From Bugula neritina (Eukaryota > Animalia > Bryozoa), in NCBI GenBank assembly GCA_964035545.1, contig OZ037766.1, positions 1,984,001 through 2,048,000 on the forward strand: 64,000 bases of DNA, given 5' to 3'. Every line of letters begins with the position of its first letter. The first letter of the stretch is position 1. This document shows, in pieces, positions 15,201-27,200 of this stretch. A program made the translations under genes and the position numbers. Below the pieces are notes generated by a model that was given only the letters and a program-made list of their open reading frames with translations, ran no database searches and was not told the origin of the DNA.

Positions 15201-18200
15201 CTAATAGTATACTCTCAGTCTATAGTTTATACTGTTGCTACATGCAGGCACCTCCCCCTACTAATAGTATACTCTCAGTCTATAGTTTATACTGTTTCTA
15301 CACGCAGGAACTGAAGAGGTTCACATCCCGATGGTGACCTTGATAGTGAATGGCGGAGAGGGCTCTCTGGAGGCGTGTTCAGAGAGTCTGAGTGTAGAGA
15401 TCCCCCTGGTGGCTATCGCCGGCTCTGGGAGGGCTGCCGAGGTCATCATTCTCCTCCATGACCTCATGTCTCAGTACTCAGAGGACGACACCGATGCTTC
15501 TAGGTAACTTTCAAGGACAATTGAAGGTCATCTTATCATTATCAACTGCAATATGCCTGGCATGGCAATATTTTTCTTGTCCAACTGCTGCAGTTATTGT
15601 ATCATTAGAGAGTGTGGAACTGAGTGCTAAGCAAACTATAAATATATTCCATGTTGTTGGATGACAAAATAATCATATAATCTGTTTACAAGAGGTATTG
15701 ATGGGGACTTTTACCCTCCTAAATTATGGAATTCATTTCCTACTGCACATATCTTTATGATAGGTTATTTTAATTAGTCTCTAACTTATAATATAGGAAT
15801 GTGTTACATGGCAGAAAGCCCTCTATTTCTACTTGCTATTAACTTATTTACACCAAGTAGATGCAAAGTCTTACATTAATTGCTCTGAAGTTAAACTGTA
15901 GATATGCAGACTCGGTTGTCTTGATAACTCTACTAATATTATTAGTGCTTACCGAGTAAAATCTACTTTAATTATAGTTTCTTATGTCTTGTGAAGTCAA
16001 ATATGTTTATATCAGTGATTTCATTGCTTAATGACAGTTTCTGTAACTTGAACAACTTAAGTTTAGTATGAGTTCTGTTTTTATATGTTTTTACTGAATG
16101 TTTGCTATTAGACCATCTGAAGAGGAACTGAAAAGCATTTACAAGCGGGCAATGGGTACTGAGGCTAAAGCTCACGTCATCAAATGGCTGCAAGTTATAT
16201 CTAAACACAGACAACTGGTAATTCTGTAACGACAGCATAAATATATGAGAAGCCAATTTTTTCTTACAAATTTTATGCTTCGACATATTTTTGTTGAGTC
16301 TTAAATTTTTGTCACATGAAGCAATAAAGGTTTGCGCTGTGACACGATGTCATGACCTTGTACTGAATGATGATGTAACCTAGTATTTTTGTGAAGAAAT
16401 TTTGATATAATTTATGTATTCTAATTCTGAATGTTTTATAATATATTTATCACATAAGAAGAAAATGATTCCCCAAAAACAAGCTTACTAATGCAAAGCT
16501 TAGTTTACATAATTTATTTGCGAAATGCGTTTGTCTTTTTGAATTGCAGAATGCATTTTTCTGGTGTACACAATATTTTATCTGCTACTGATTCCAGTAA
16601 ATACCCAAGTTTCTGCTGCTAAAAAGTTTTAGCTGGTAAACACTACTATGAGTTAAATTTCAAATATTGTGTCATACTTTATAGTTTATTCTGAAGAGCT
16701 TAGTGATTTTCAATGCTCATCCTAAAATTTTCTTCTAAATTTATTCATTCATTTATTTATTTCACAAGTTTGCATGCGTAATACTCTCAACACTTTATAT
16801 CCATGGCTTTACATGTAACTATTTCAGTAATTCTTTTATATTGTACCTTAGATTTCGGTATTTAATTTCATTCAACCCGGAGTAACGAGCGTTGAAGATA
16901 TCGGACTGGACAAGGCAATCCTCTCTGCACTGTACCGTAAGAGTACCATGCTGTCTCAGTCTACTGATGCCACTGCCAATATCTCAAAGAGAAAAGCTCA
17001 AATGAGGCTGGCTTTAGCTTGGAACAGAGTGGACTATGCTAGAGATGAGATCTTTAACTCTAACAACCCTGATTATATAGAGGTTTGTGTCACATGACCC
17101 TGATCACATGACCCCAGTCACATGACCCTAGTCATATAACCTTATTTTAATAAACCAAAAAAAGCATAACATCAAATTATTTTTGTTTTTTATTGATGAA
17201 ATGAGAACTTTGTTACACTTCTGATATACCTTCAATTTACGATAACATATAAAATGCATTATATTATTATATAGTAATGACATATTTCAATTTAATAACT
17301 TTCATAATTTAAATGTTTTTTTCCAAAGTAATAGATAAACAAGATGTAGTAAAGGAGAGTCATTGCATGTTCTACTTATGTGTTAGTTCACTCAAACTCA
17401 ATTCAGCACTTAATATTTTTTAATGCTTGAAAGTATAATACTTGCTAGTGTAGAGTTGTGTGCACTTCAAGAGATAACTTAACTATGCAAACAATACTTT
17501 GTATTGTGCTGTTGTTTTGGATAGATATACCAACATACATAATAGCTTTTATTTACACTTAGCTATACTTAACTATAGCTTAATATATGAATGTAAGATA
17601 CTAGGGTTCTAATTTATCCATCAGTTTGTTAATGAGCTTCAAAATGATGAAAGTTATCACAATTGTAATATTGTTATCGTATATTAAAATTTTATTATAG
17701 GCAAACATCAGCTTTCTCTAGTGACACTAAAGCTAGTCCAGCACTAAATTTCAGCACGAAAAACGTTCTAGTAAATTCTGATGTATATAGTGTGTTATTT
17801 AATTTCCATTCTTTTCCAGTTCATGAGGCAGAAAGCGTTCCTAAACGACGTGGCTGTAGAGGCCCTTATTGAGGACATGCCTGAGTTCATAGCTCTGCTT
17901 ATTGATAACGGGCTGGACCTGGACAAGTTTGTTACTTTTGAACGTCTAGAAAAACTCTACCGGAGGGTACGTTTTTTTGTTAACTTGATTTAATATCATC
18001 ATTATTAGTATATCTATAATTAGCTGATATGGTCGTAATTGTAAGGAGAAAGCTTCCACTTGTTTAGAATGGATTGAGTTGATGACATAAGAAGTTGTCT
18101 ACTTAGCTTTTTACTGCATGAAAAATAATTTTTATGATTGTTATGAGATATATTTGTGTGCACTCAATAGAACTATAGAACTAGCAAATATCATTATATC

Positions 18201-21200
18201 ATTCCGTTTATTTGTGTGCAAAGTTTCGAAAAGGGTGTTGAATTCTAGTCTTTAACTTAGCCCAGTTTCTACATTTCAGGCTATGCAGCGAGACGAGGCT
18301 TACTCCAGAATGGTTCGGCGATATTTTGATGATCAGAGGAAATCTACAAAAGTAAAAAAAGTTACTTAATAGAAAATATATGCATTTATTCTCTTTTTAT
18401 CTCAAGCAGTTTTCTATGAATAAAAATTATTTATATACTTTTTATCTATTTCTACAATTACAACACAAATCATGTTGCTAGCTGTTTTGAAGTAAAGATG
18501 ATGACATGTTTGAATATTTTAGCTGAGATTGTTCAATTCATTGATGTCTTCTACACCAGCACTCACACAACATATATGTAACTGTTGTAGGGCATGTGTA
18601 GAGGCTGTGTAAATGTAGCTGTAGATCCCAACACAGGTTACATGCATAATGTGGGTCGAATGGTGAAGAAACTGCTAGGCTATTCTTATCCTAACATATA
18701 CAAGCCAGGCAGTGAAGGTTCGTACTCACAATGAGATCTAGACACAAGAAGTCTCAAGTGCTGAAGTGTGAAGATATAAAAGCGATTTTTCAAATATTTT
18801 AATGAGTGTTTTTAGTTGTGAATTTGCTATTCAATTTGAATTGATTGTTTTTTTAAATAACCTGATTATTGTATTAAAATGTAACTGTGCGGAAGGATTA
18901 TATTTGCCAAAATACAACTTGTCTCTTATTTGCCGAAGTACTGCTTTCACTATGCTTATTGACTTAGTCAAGTTTTCAATCAGGATGTTTGGGCAACTCT
19001 TAGTTAACCTTGAAATGACCTAATTTTTCAGATGGTGACGCATCTAAAGCATATTCCAGAGATTTCCGAGATCCTGCGCAGCATCTCTTTATTTGGGCCA
19101 CTCTTTTTCACCGGATAGAGTTGGCGATGATCTTTTGGAAGTATTCACATGATCACATCGGTCAGCTGCCATTTTATTTATTTCTGACCTTTGAACTGAT
19201 CATAAAATCGTCTTATAGACAAACATTTGAGCTGACCTCTAAATGGCCTTGAGTCTGTATTGTATTTTTGTAGACTTGTAGATGAAACTGTAGATTGTCT
19301 TGTAGGCAAACTTGTAGATTGACTTGTTGATGACCTGTAGATAGATATGTAGATATAGCTGTATACTGACTGACCTGTAATTCAGCCAGCCACATTGGTT
19401 ATAAAACTACCTGGCATACAATATTTTATTTAAAGTGCACATAGGGCATGTTTAGCTGTTTAACATGAATTGTTAAGTAGGAGGTGAGAAAAGATGCATT
19501 TCTGCGAAGATAATGTGTAAATATGGTTTTAGCTGGTGCGATTGTGGGTGCGGCATTACTCCGAGGGTTGGCAAAGGAAAGTAACGACCATGAAGGAGGT
19601 GATTTACAAGCTGTGTATCTTGCTAGTTCATTGTAAGTAATACTAGGTCATAGTAAGTACAACTAGGTCACTATAAGTACAACTATGTCACTGTAAGTAA
19701 TACTAGGTCACTATCAGTACAGCTATGTCACTGTAAGTAATACTAGGTTACTGTAAGTACAACTAGGTAACTGTAAGTAATACTAGGTCACTGGAAGTAC
19801 AACTAGGTAACTGTAAGTACAATTATGTCACTGTAAGTAATACTAGGTCATAGCAAGTAATACTAGGTCATAGTAAGTAACATTAGGTCACTGTGAATGA
19901 AACTAGTTCACTGTAAGTACAACCATGTCATTGTAAATAATACTAGGCCACTGTAAGTAATACTAGGTCACTGTAAGTACAACTAGGTAACTGTAAGTAC
20001 AACTATGTTATTGTAAGTAATGATGAGTCACTGTAAATATTACTAAGTGCGAATAGAAGTCGTGTCAGTTCACTCTAGGTCATGTAGTAAATTATGCCCG
20101 ACCACTTCAGGCATAAATATTTCAAGTAACACAGTTTTGTTGAGGATAAAATTGTGTCAAAGTAAATAAACTTGTGTAAATAACTGTAAGTAAGTTCATC
20201 AGATGGTACTATATGTCACAATACCCGCGTCAGCAAGTCTTTAGTTTATTAGATTGTTGTATATGTTACAATACCTAATTACAAGTAATTTACTGGTCTA
20301 TTGTGGTGGCTCGTGGAGCTACCAGCAACACAATACGCAAGGTTGCGTATTGACCCGGAACAATGTATTAGCCAATTAGCTAGGCTGTTTTATAAGTAAT
20401 AGTAGCCGCTTCGCGCTACTAGCTCAGGTGAGGATAGTGCTGTAAATTAAATAGACGTGCGTATCATTACTGTTGTACATTGGATTTTATTATGTATTCT
20501 TGTATTAAATATAACGATATCTACTCAACTTAACTGGTGAAGTTTCTCTAGTGATAACAGACTCTCTTGGTGACACATCAACCCTAAATCTGAAAACTAT
20601 AACAGTGGTGGCAGCGGTGGGATAGTGTATATCAAAGATGGAGACTGAAAATGCTAGAATGCAACCACCCCCAGTAGAAGGTGAGCGTAGAAATGCTGTT
20701 AATCCTGTGAATCGTGAAGGAGAAGAAGCTTATAGACATTGCTTGAAAGCTCCCACCTTTACTGGGTCGGAAGATGTCGAACAATTTATACAAGAATTTA
20801 GAGAGGTAATGGAAGTTGCTCAATGGCCGCAGAGAGTGGCCCTTATTCAACTGCGGAGAGCGGTGACGGAGCAAGCCAAGCCGTACGGAGTGGGAACGGA
20901 CGTAGACGGCATACTGGCTGCGCTGCGGGCCCGTTTTGGCACCTCCGTCATAGACGCTAGGACCAAGCTGGAGAGATTGTGCCGCACCCCGCGGACCTCG
21001 CTGCAAGAACATGCCGCGACGGTGAAGAAGCTGGCGCAGATTGCATATAGCGATCTGCCAGCACAACACCAAGAGCGTTACACCTATGACGCCTTTGTCC
21101 AGTCCCTAAACGACCTGGGCCTAGACCATCACCTACGAGCTAAAGGGATAACCAGAATAGAGGATGCCCTGAAGGCTGGAGAAGCTTACCTGTTGGCTAC

Positions 21201-24200
21201 CCAAATGCATCGAGCACAAAGGAACCCACCAGTAGTTGGAGTCAGCGCTGCCAGGGCTACGACAGGCTCCGAAGCCCTCCCGCTGGAAGCCGAAGTGGAC
21301 CGTATGGTAGAGATGCTGGGACAATTGGTAACCATTCTGGCCGGTGCTGGCCCCGGTCAGGCCTTGCGGATGCCCCCAACACCTGTGGGGCAGGGCTGGA
21401 GTAGCGCTGATCAGGACCAGGGACAGAAAGGACGACCCCAATACCAGGGGGCGTTAAACTGTCACGGCCCGCGGACACACTCCCTCCCCGCGGGCCGCAA
21501 CTAAAGGAGTATGGTGGAACGCGCCGTCGTCTGTCCGTACGGACGCGGCGGAACATTCCACCCGAGTGGCAGGTACCACGCAGGACTAGTAGGCCCGCAC
21601 AACGGCCCAGTACCTTCTCCCTGCCACTCGCTAACCGGTTTCACCGGTTACCTCGGGAGGAGGAGCCCGCCACTGAAATGGAGCCAGAAGGCCCAGTGGA
21701 GAGGCCCAAACCCCGCCGGCACCAACCTCGCCGCCGGAAGCCCCGTAAACCACGGGTGAAACCCCCGCCGTCCTGTCAAACCAGGACAGCACATGCGGGG
21801 GGGGGGGGGTGAAAGTACAACCACATGGAGAGAGCTATTTCCTACCCGGAAAGGTGGCCGGCAACGCCGTCACTTTCCTGCTCGACTCCGGTTGTACTAC
21901 CAACCTTGTCAGTCGTAGAGTCTTTGAGGCACTGCCCCGCCGGGACAGGGATAGAGTACGACCGTATACTGGAGAACATGGCACCCTGGCAGACGGGTCA
22001 TGTATCCCTTTTTATGGTATTATCGAGCTCCCTGGGCGTGTCCGAGATCAGGCTGTACAGGAGACCTTTATCATAGGTCAACTGGAGGAAGATGCTATCC
22101 TCGGAATGCCCTTCCTGAAGCAACACCAGTGCCGAATAGATTTCAGTAAGTCGGTGGTGCTGATGGGCGGGCGAGAACTCGCCTGTGTGGATAAGTTTGG
22201 GCGTCCTCTGGTGGGCGGTGTTCAGGTAGTTCGAAACTGCACCGTACCCGGACGCTCCAGAGCTACTATCCACTGCCGAGTGAACAGCAACCGGATAGCC
22301 AGGCTCGGGGTCGTTGAAAGCGCGCACGAAAAGATCCAACTCGCCAGTAGTTTAAACCGACTAACTGAGCGAGGGGAGGTCTTAGTGCAGTGCGTCAACC
22401 CCTTTACCGAGCCCATTGAGCTCCCAGCTGGGTCGATGCTGGGCCGGTTCCATTCCGTCCAGGAAGAGGACGTGGGCCCGTCGCTGGGTGATGCGACGGA
22501 GGCACCCCCTCGACACCCTATTCAGGGACGAGGGGCCGTCCCAACACATCTCCGGGAGTTATACGAAACAGCCAGTGGCGGCTGCGCGAGTAACAGAGAA
22601 CGCCAAGCTATGGCCAAGTTACTACGCGACTACGGTGATGTGTTCAGCAGCGGAGAGCATGACGTGGGACTGACTGGAATTGTCAGACACGAAATACCGC
22701 TGACTGCAGGGACAGTCCCTGTCCGGCAGCCCACGCGCAGGCTGGGGCCGGAGAAAGAGAAGGAGGTTAGCCGACAAGTACGGGATCTTCTGGACCGGGG
22801 ACTGATAGAGCCCGCCCATAGTGCGTGGAGCTCGCCAGTCGTACTGGTCCGGAAGAAAGACGGCAGTTGGCGGTTCTGTGTGGACTACCGCAAACTCAAT
22901 AGCGTAACCATACAGGACGCCTACCCTCTACCTCGTATTGACGAGTCATTGGACGCCCTAGCCGGCAGCAAGTACTTCAGTACGTTAGACTTGCTAAGCG
23001 GCTATTGGCAGGTTCCTCTGAGTCCCGACGCCCAAGAGAAAGCGGCGTTTATCACACGGGACGGTTTGTGGAAGTGGAAGGTGCTGCCCTTCGGGTTAAC
23101 CTCCGCCCCAGCCACCTTCCAGAGGCTGATGGAACAAGTCCTTAGCGGACTCCATTGGAAGACACTGCTGGTCTACCTCGATGATGTCATCGTAATCTCT
23201 CCAGACTTCGAGACACATGTCAGTCGTCTGCAGGAGGTTTTCGAGAGACTCCGAGGTGCCGGTCTTAAGCTCAAACCTTCCAAGTGCGCTCTGTTGCAGC
23301 CGGAGGTCAAGTACCTGGGGCACGTTGTCGGTCGAAACGGCGTGGCAACGGATCCCGAAAAGGTACGGGCAGTAGAAGACTGGGTCACCCCCCAAGACTT
23401 GACCAGACTCCGGGCTTTCTTGGGGCTGGTAGGGTATTACAGGCAATACATACCAGACTTTGCGGGCATAGCCCAGCCGTTAAACCGGCTTACCGCAAAG
23501 GGAGTGACGTGGCAGTGGACTCCAGTCGAACAAGAAGCGTTCGACCGCCTCAAGGGCTGCCTCCTAACGGCGCCCATCTTGGCCTACCCAGACCCCACTC
23601 TGGAGTACATCCTAGACACAGACGCCAGTGACCAGAATGTTGGCGCTGTGCTGTCACAAGTGCAGGAAGGCCGAGAAGTAGTAGTAGCCTACTACAGCAA
23701 GTCTCTCTCTCCCGCTGAACGAAATTACTGCACTACCCGCAAGGAGCTGCTGGCAGTAATCAAGTCAGTGAAGCACTTCAGACCATACCTATATGGCAGG
23801 AAGTTCCGGCTGCGTACGGATCATGCCTCGCTGATCTGGTTGTGCAGGAGAGCAGAGCCCTCTAGTCAGGTCGCCCGGTGGCTCGAAATCCTAGCTGAAT
23901 TCTCGTACCGGATCGAACACCGGCCGGGCAAGAGACACAGCAATGCGGATGGGTTGAGTCGCCGACCTGACGGAGGTTGCAAACAGTGTCTCAACATCGA
24001 GAGGAGGGATGGAGGTCCCCCACGATGCGAGTTGGAGACGCTGGCTCATCACGGAGCACCGTTTGACTGGGATCAAGGTCAACTCAGGCAAAGAGTTGAT
24101 GAGTCCCCGGAGGATGTACAAAACCTCCGCGCCAACCCTGTACTGGCCGGCAATGTTCGAGAGCTGAAGAAGCTCCAAGAAGAGCTGCCTGGAGTCGTGG

Positions 24201-27200
24201 CAGACATATACCGGGCCAAAAGGGAAGGGCGACGACCCAGCGAGGAACGCATATGACAGGGATGCGCCGAGTTCCGGCTATACTGTCAGCGTTGGGTCTC
24301 GCTGCGGATCGGGCAGGATGGGTTGCTAACCATCTCTCTAGCTGCCAGCGGTAGACACCCGGAAAGGAAGAGGGTAGTCTGCCCCACGGCCATCCGCCGT
24401 GAGTTGATTTGGGATACTCACAAACAGGCCCACGCAGGGGTCAAGAGAGTGATATCCAAATTACGACTCCGGTGGTATTGGCCGCAGATGGAGCGTGACG
24501 TCCGGCTCAGAGTCAAACAGTGTGAGATCTGCCAGGCCAGTAAGCATAGCCGCCCCCCTGGTGAAGCAGGACGGCGGAGGCTATATGCTGGTAGGCCCTG
24601 GCAAGTAGTCGCTGTAGACCTGGTCGGACCCATGCCCCTGACCCCCAGAGGCAATAATTGGATCCTAGTACTAACCGACCACTTTACTAGGTGGGCGGAT
24701 GCTCTGGCTATCCCAGATGCATCAGCCCCAACAGTGGCCAGGGCGCTAGACCAACATGTATTCTGTTATTTTGGGCTTCCCGAACAGATACACTCTGATC
24801 AAGGCGCTCAATTCCAGTCTCAACTGATGAGCGACCTTTGCCACCTCTGGGGAGTAAATCAGAGCAGGACCACCCCCTACCACCCTCAAGGTAACGGGGT
24901 GGTGGAGCGCAACAACCGGATGCTAGGTGATGCACTCCGGAGTCTCCTCCTTGGACGAGGTCAAGAGGAATGGGATACGGTGTTGCCGCAAGTCATGCGT
25001 GCATACCGTAGCACCCCACACACCAGTACTGGTGAGACCCCAAACCTCTTGATGCTCGGGAGAGAGACTCGTGTCCCTGACCATCTCACCTATCACGTTC
25101 CAGAGCAAGACAACTCGGTTCACGAGTATGCCAGTGAACTAGTGGAACGGATGAAGGCCGCACACGATATACTGCGTCAACAGCAGTGGAAGGTGCGGCA
25201 CGAAGATTCCGATGAACCACCTCTCTATCAAACGGGAGATAAGGTGTGGATGGTCAATTACCGTAGGCGTCGCGGACAGGCTGATAAACTGAAGCCTAAG
25301 TTCGTAGGCCCCTACGTGGTCGTTGAGGCTATGCCCAATCATACGTACAAGATTGAGCGCTCAGGACAGGTGTCTATCCAGAATGAGTCTCGCTTGAAAC
25401 CGTATTGGGCTAGCCCTGACGGAGTGGGAGAAGCCCCCCCGTTGTTAGAGCCCAGGAGGCAGACAACGACGCGCGGGCGACGGCGGCATGGACCTGAATA
25501 CGAAGTGGTCATACCGCGGGAGGAAAACTTGGTGAGAGAGGAGCGGCAGCTTTTGTCAACAGAAGCGTGTCCGCCACCGCCAAGTCTAATTCCATCACTT
25601 CCAGAAACCGAGCCGGTTCCGGAAGTGCAAACCCCCACGGAGGGAGGGGCTCCATCCGGAGAACAAGAAGAGGTGACCGCTAACGGTGAAGTAGAGACGC
25701 CATTAGAGGCCCCTACTAACGAACCGGCAAGCATGTCACCCCCCCTAGAAAGGGGACAGCGTACGAGGAAACCCCCACCGTATTTGAAAGACTTCGTATG
25801 TGACTGCATTAGAAGCGGCGCACATGAAAGTCTAGGGGAAAACCGTACGATAAAATGTTGGAGTTGTGAACCCCACGCAAATATCAACTTTTGCGAGGGC
25901 GGAATAGTGGGAGGAATTAATGCGCGTAAAGCAAATAGTTCCGACCTCGTGCCTCAGAAACGATGCTCAGCCTTTTCTTATGCTGACATCGCCAAAGGCA
26001 GACGTATCTCACAACCAGCTCCAACCTTACCAAGAACGTTGAGTATGGACATTAATACCGAGTTCCCAGGTAAGCCAGTATAAGTCTTGTATTCCTATTC
26101 ATGGAAACGGGCTCGATGCCAGTAGATTCTGAACTAATTCAGCAGATTGAATCAGAATTACTGGGAACCACGTTTCATGTGAATGACGATGAAGACACTG
26201 TAATGGCCGATGGTCTGTTAGACCTGGAGCTAGACACTGTTCTTGGTCAGTCCACACATGATTCATCAGTTCCTCGAGTGCATTCCAAAAGCTGTGACTC
26301 TCAGGCTAGCAACGGTCGACAGTCACTAGAATTAGGTTGTAAAGATCCACCGCGATCTAACACTAATTCTACTTTTGTAGACACACTCGCGCCCGTCTCT
26401 CCGGGCATGCCTTCTCTAGAGATGGCGTGGGACTCAGAGCCGGCCCCAACAACTTCTACAACCAGGCAACTGCCACCCCAGTTGGAAGCAACCTCCAACT
26501 GGATTACCCCTGCCACAGAGAGAGAGATCAGGACCCATCAAGGAGGTGAGAGTAATCGTGAATGCAACCTCTGCCAGCAGCGATTCACGACCCACCGCAG
26601 ACTAAAAGTACACTTGCCGCAACACTACATCACCACTTTCTGCCCTTGCGGAGAATATAGCTACAATCGTGATTACCTGTTGCGGCACCAACGTACTATG
26701 CAGTGTTATCAAGGGCATGTCTATGAAGTAGACGAATCATCCTATCCTGCCTTTCTCAACGCCATCAAACCACTCATCACTGACTCAGCTCGGCTATCTC
26801 GCCTGGAGCAAGGCTTCCCTTCCCCGCGACCCATCATCTCTGGAGCCGCAGATAAACCTACCCAGTCTACTAACTCTCCACCCCACAGTCCTCTACGCAT
26901 GCCGCATACCTTTCCTCGTGTCGTACTACAGAGGGTAGACACAAATGCGTATACACTCCCTCCTCCCCTTCCATCCTCAGAGCGGAAAAGACACAGACAG
27001 CCGACTTCCTCTCGCTCGTCCCCCTGGGCCCGCAACCTACGTGAAGTAGAAGCTAGGGCGCACGACTTGGAGCAAGAAGTGTACAGGCTGGCCCCACGGG
27101 TACAGGCTGCATCCAGTGAACTCAAATACGTACAGGAGTCTATTAAACGCATGAAGCGTGCGGCCCGCAGTTAACTCGAGTCTACCTACAACTCCATACT

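Noticed and set aside
15062-15337. Repeat ORF MQAPPPTNSILSVYSLYCCY x4; also SCHLSH ORFs at 32461-32876
   Set aside because: Products of intronic minisatellites, not in the TRPM reading path.
20632-27152. Many antisense or overlapping ORFs within the LTR elements (also 41087-45633)
   Set aside because: Expected shadows of GC-rich coding sequence; no motifs and no evident conservation between the two elements.
26101-27174. ORF3 as env
   Set aside because: No evident signal peptide, fusion peptide or transmembrane anchor; it has zinc fingers instead.
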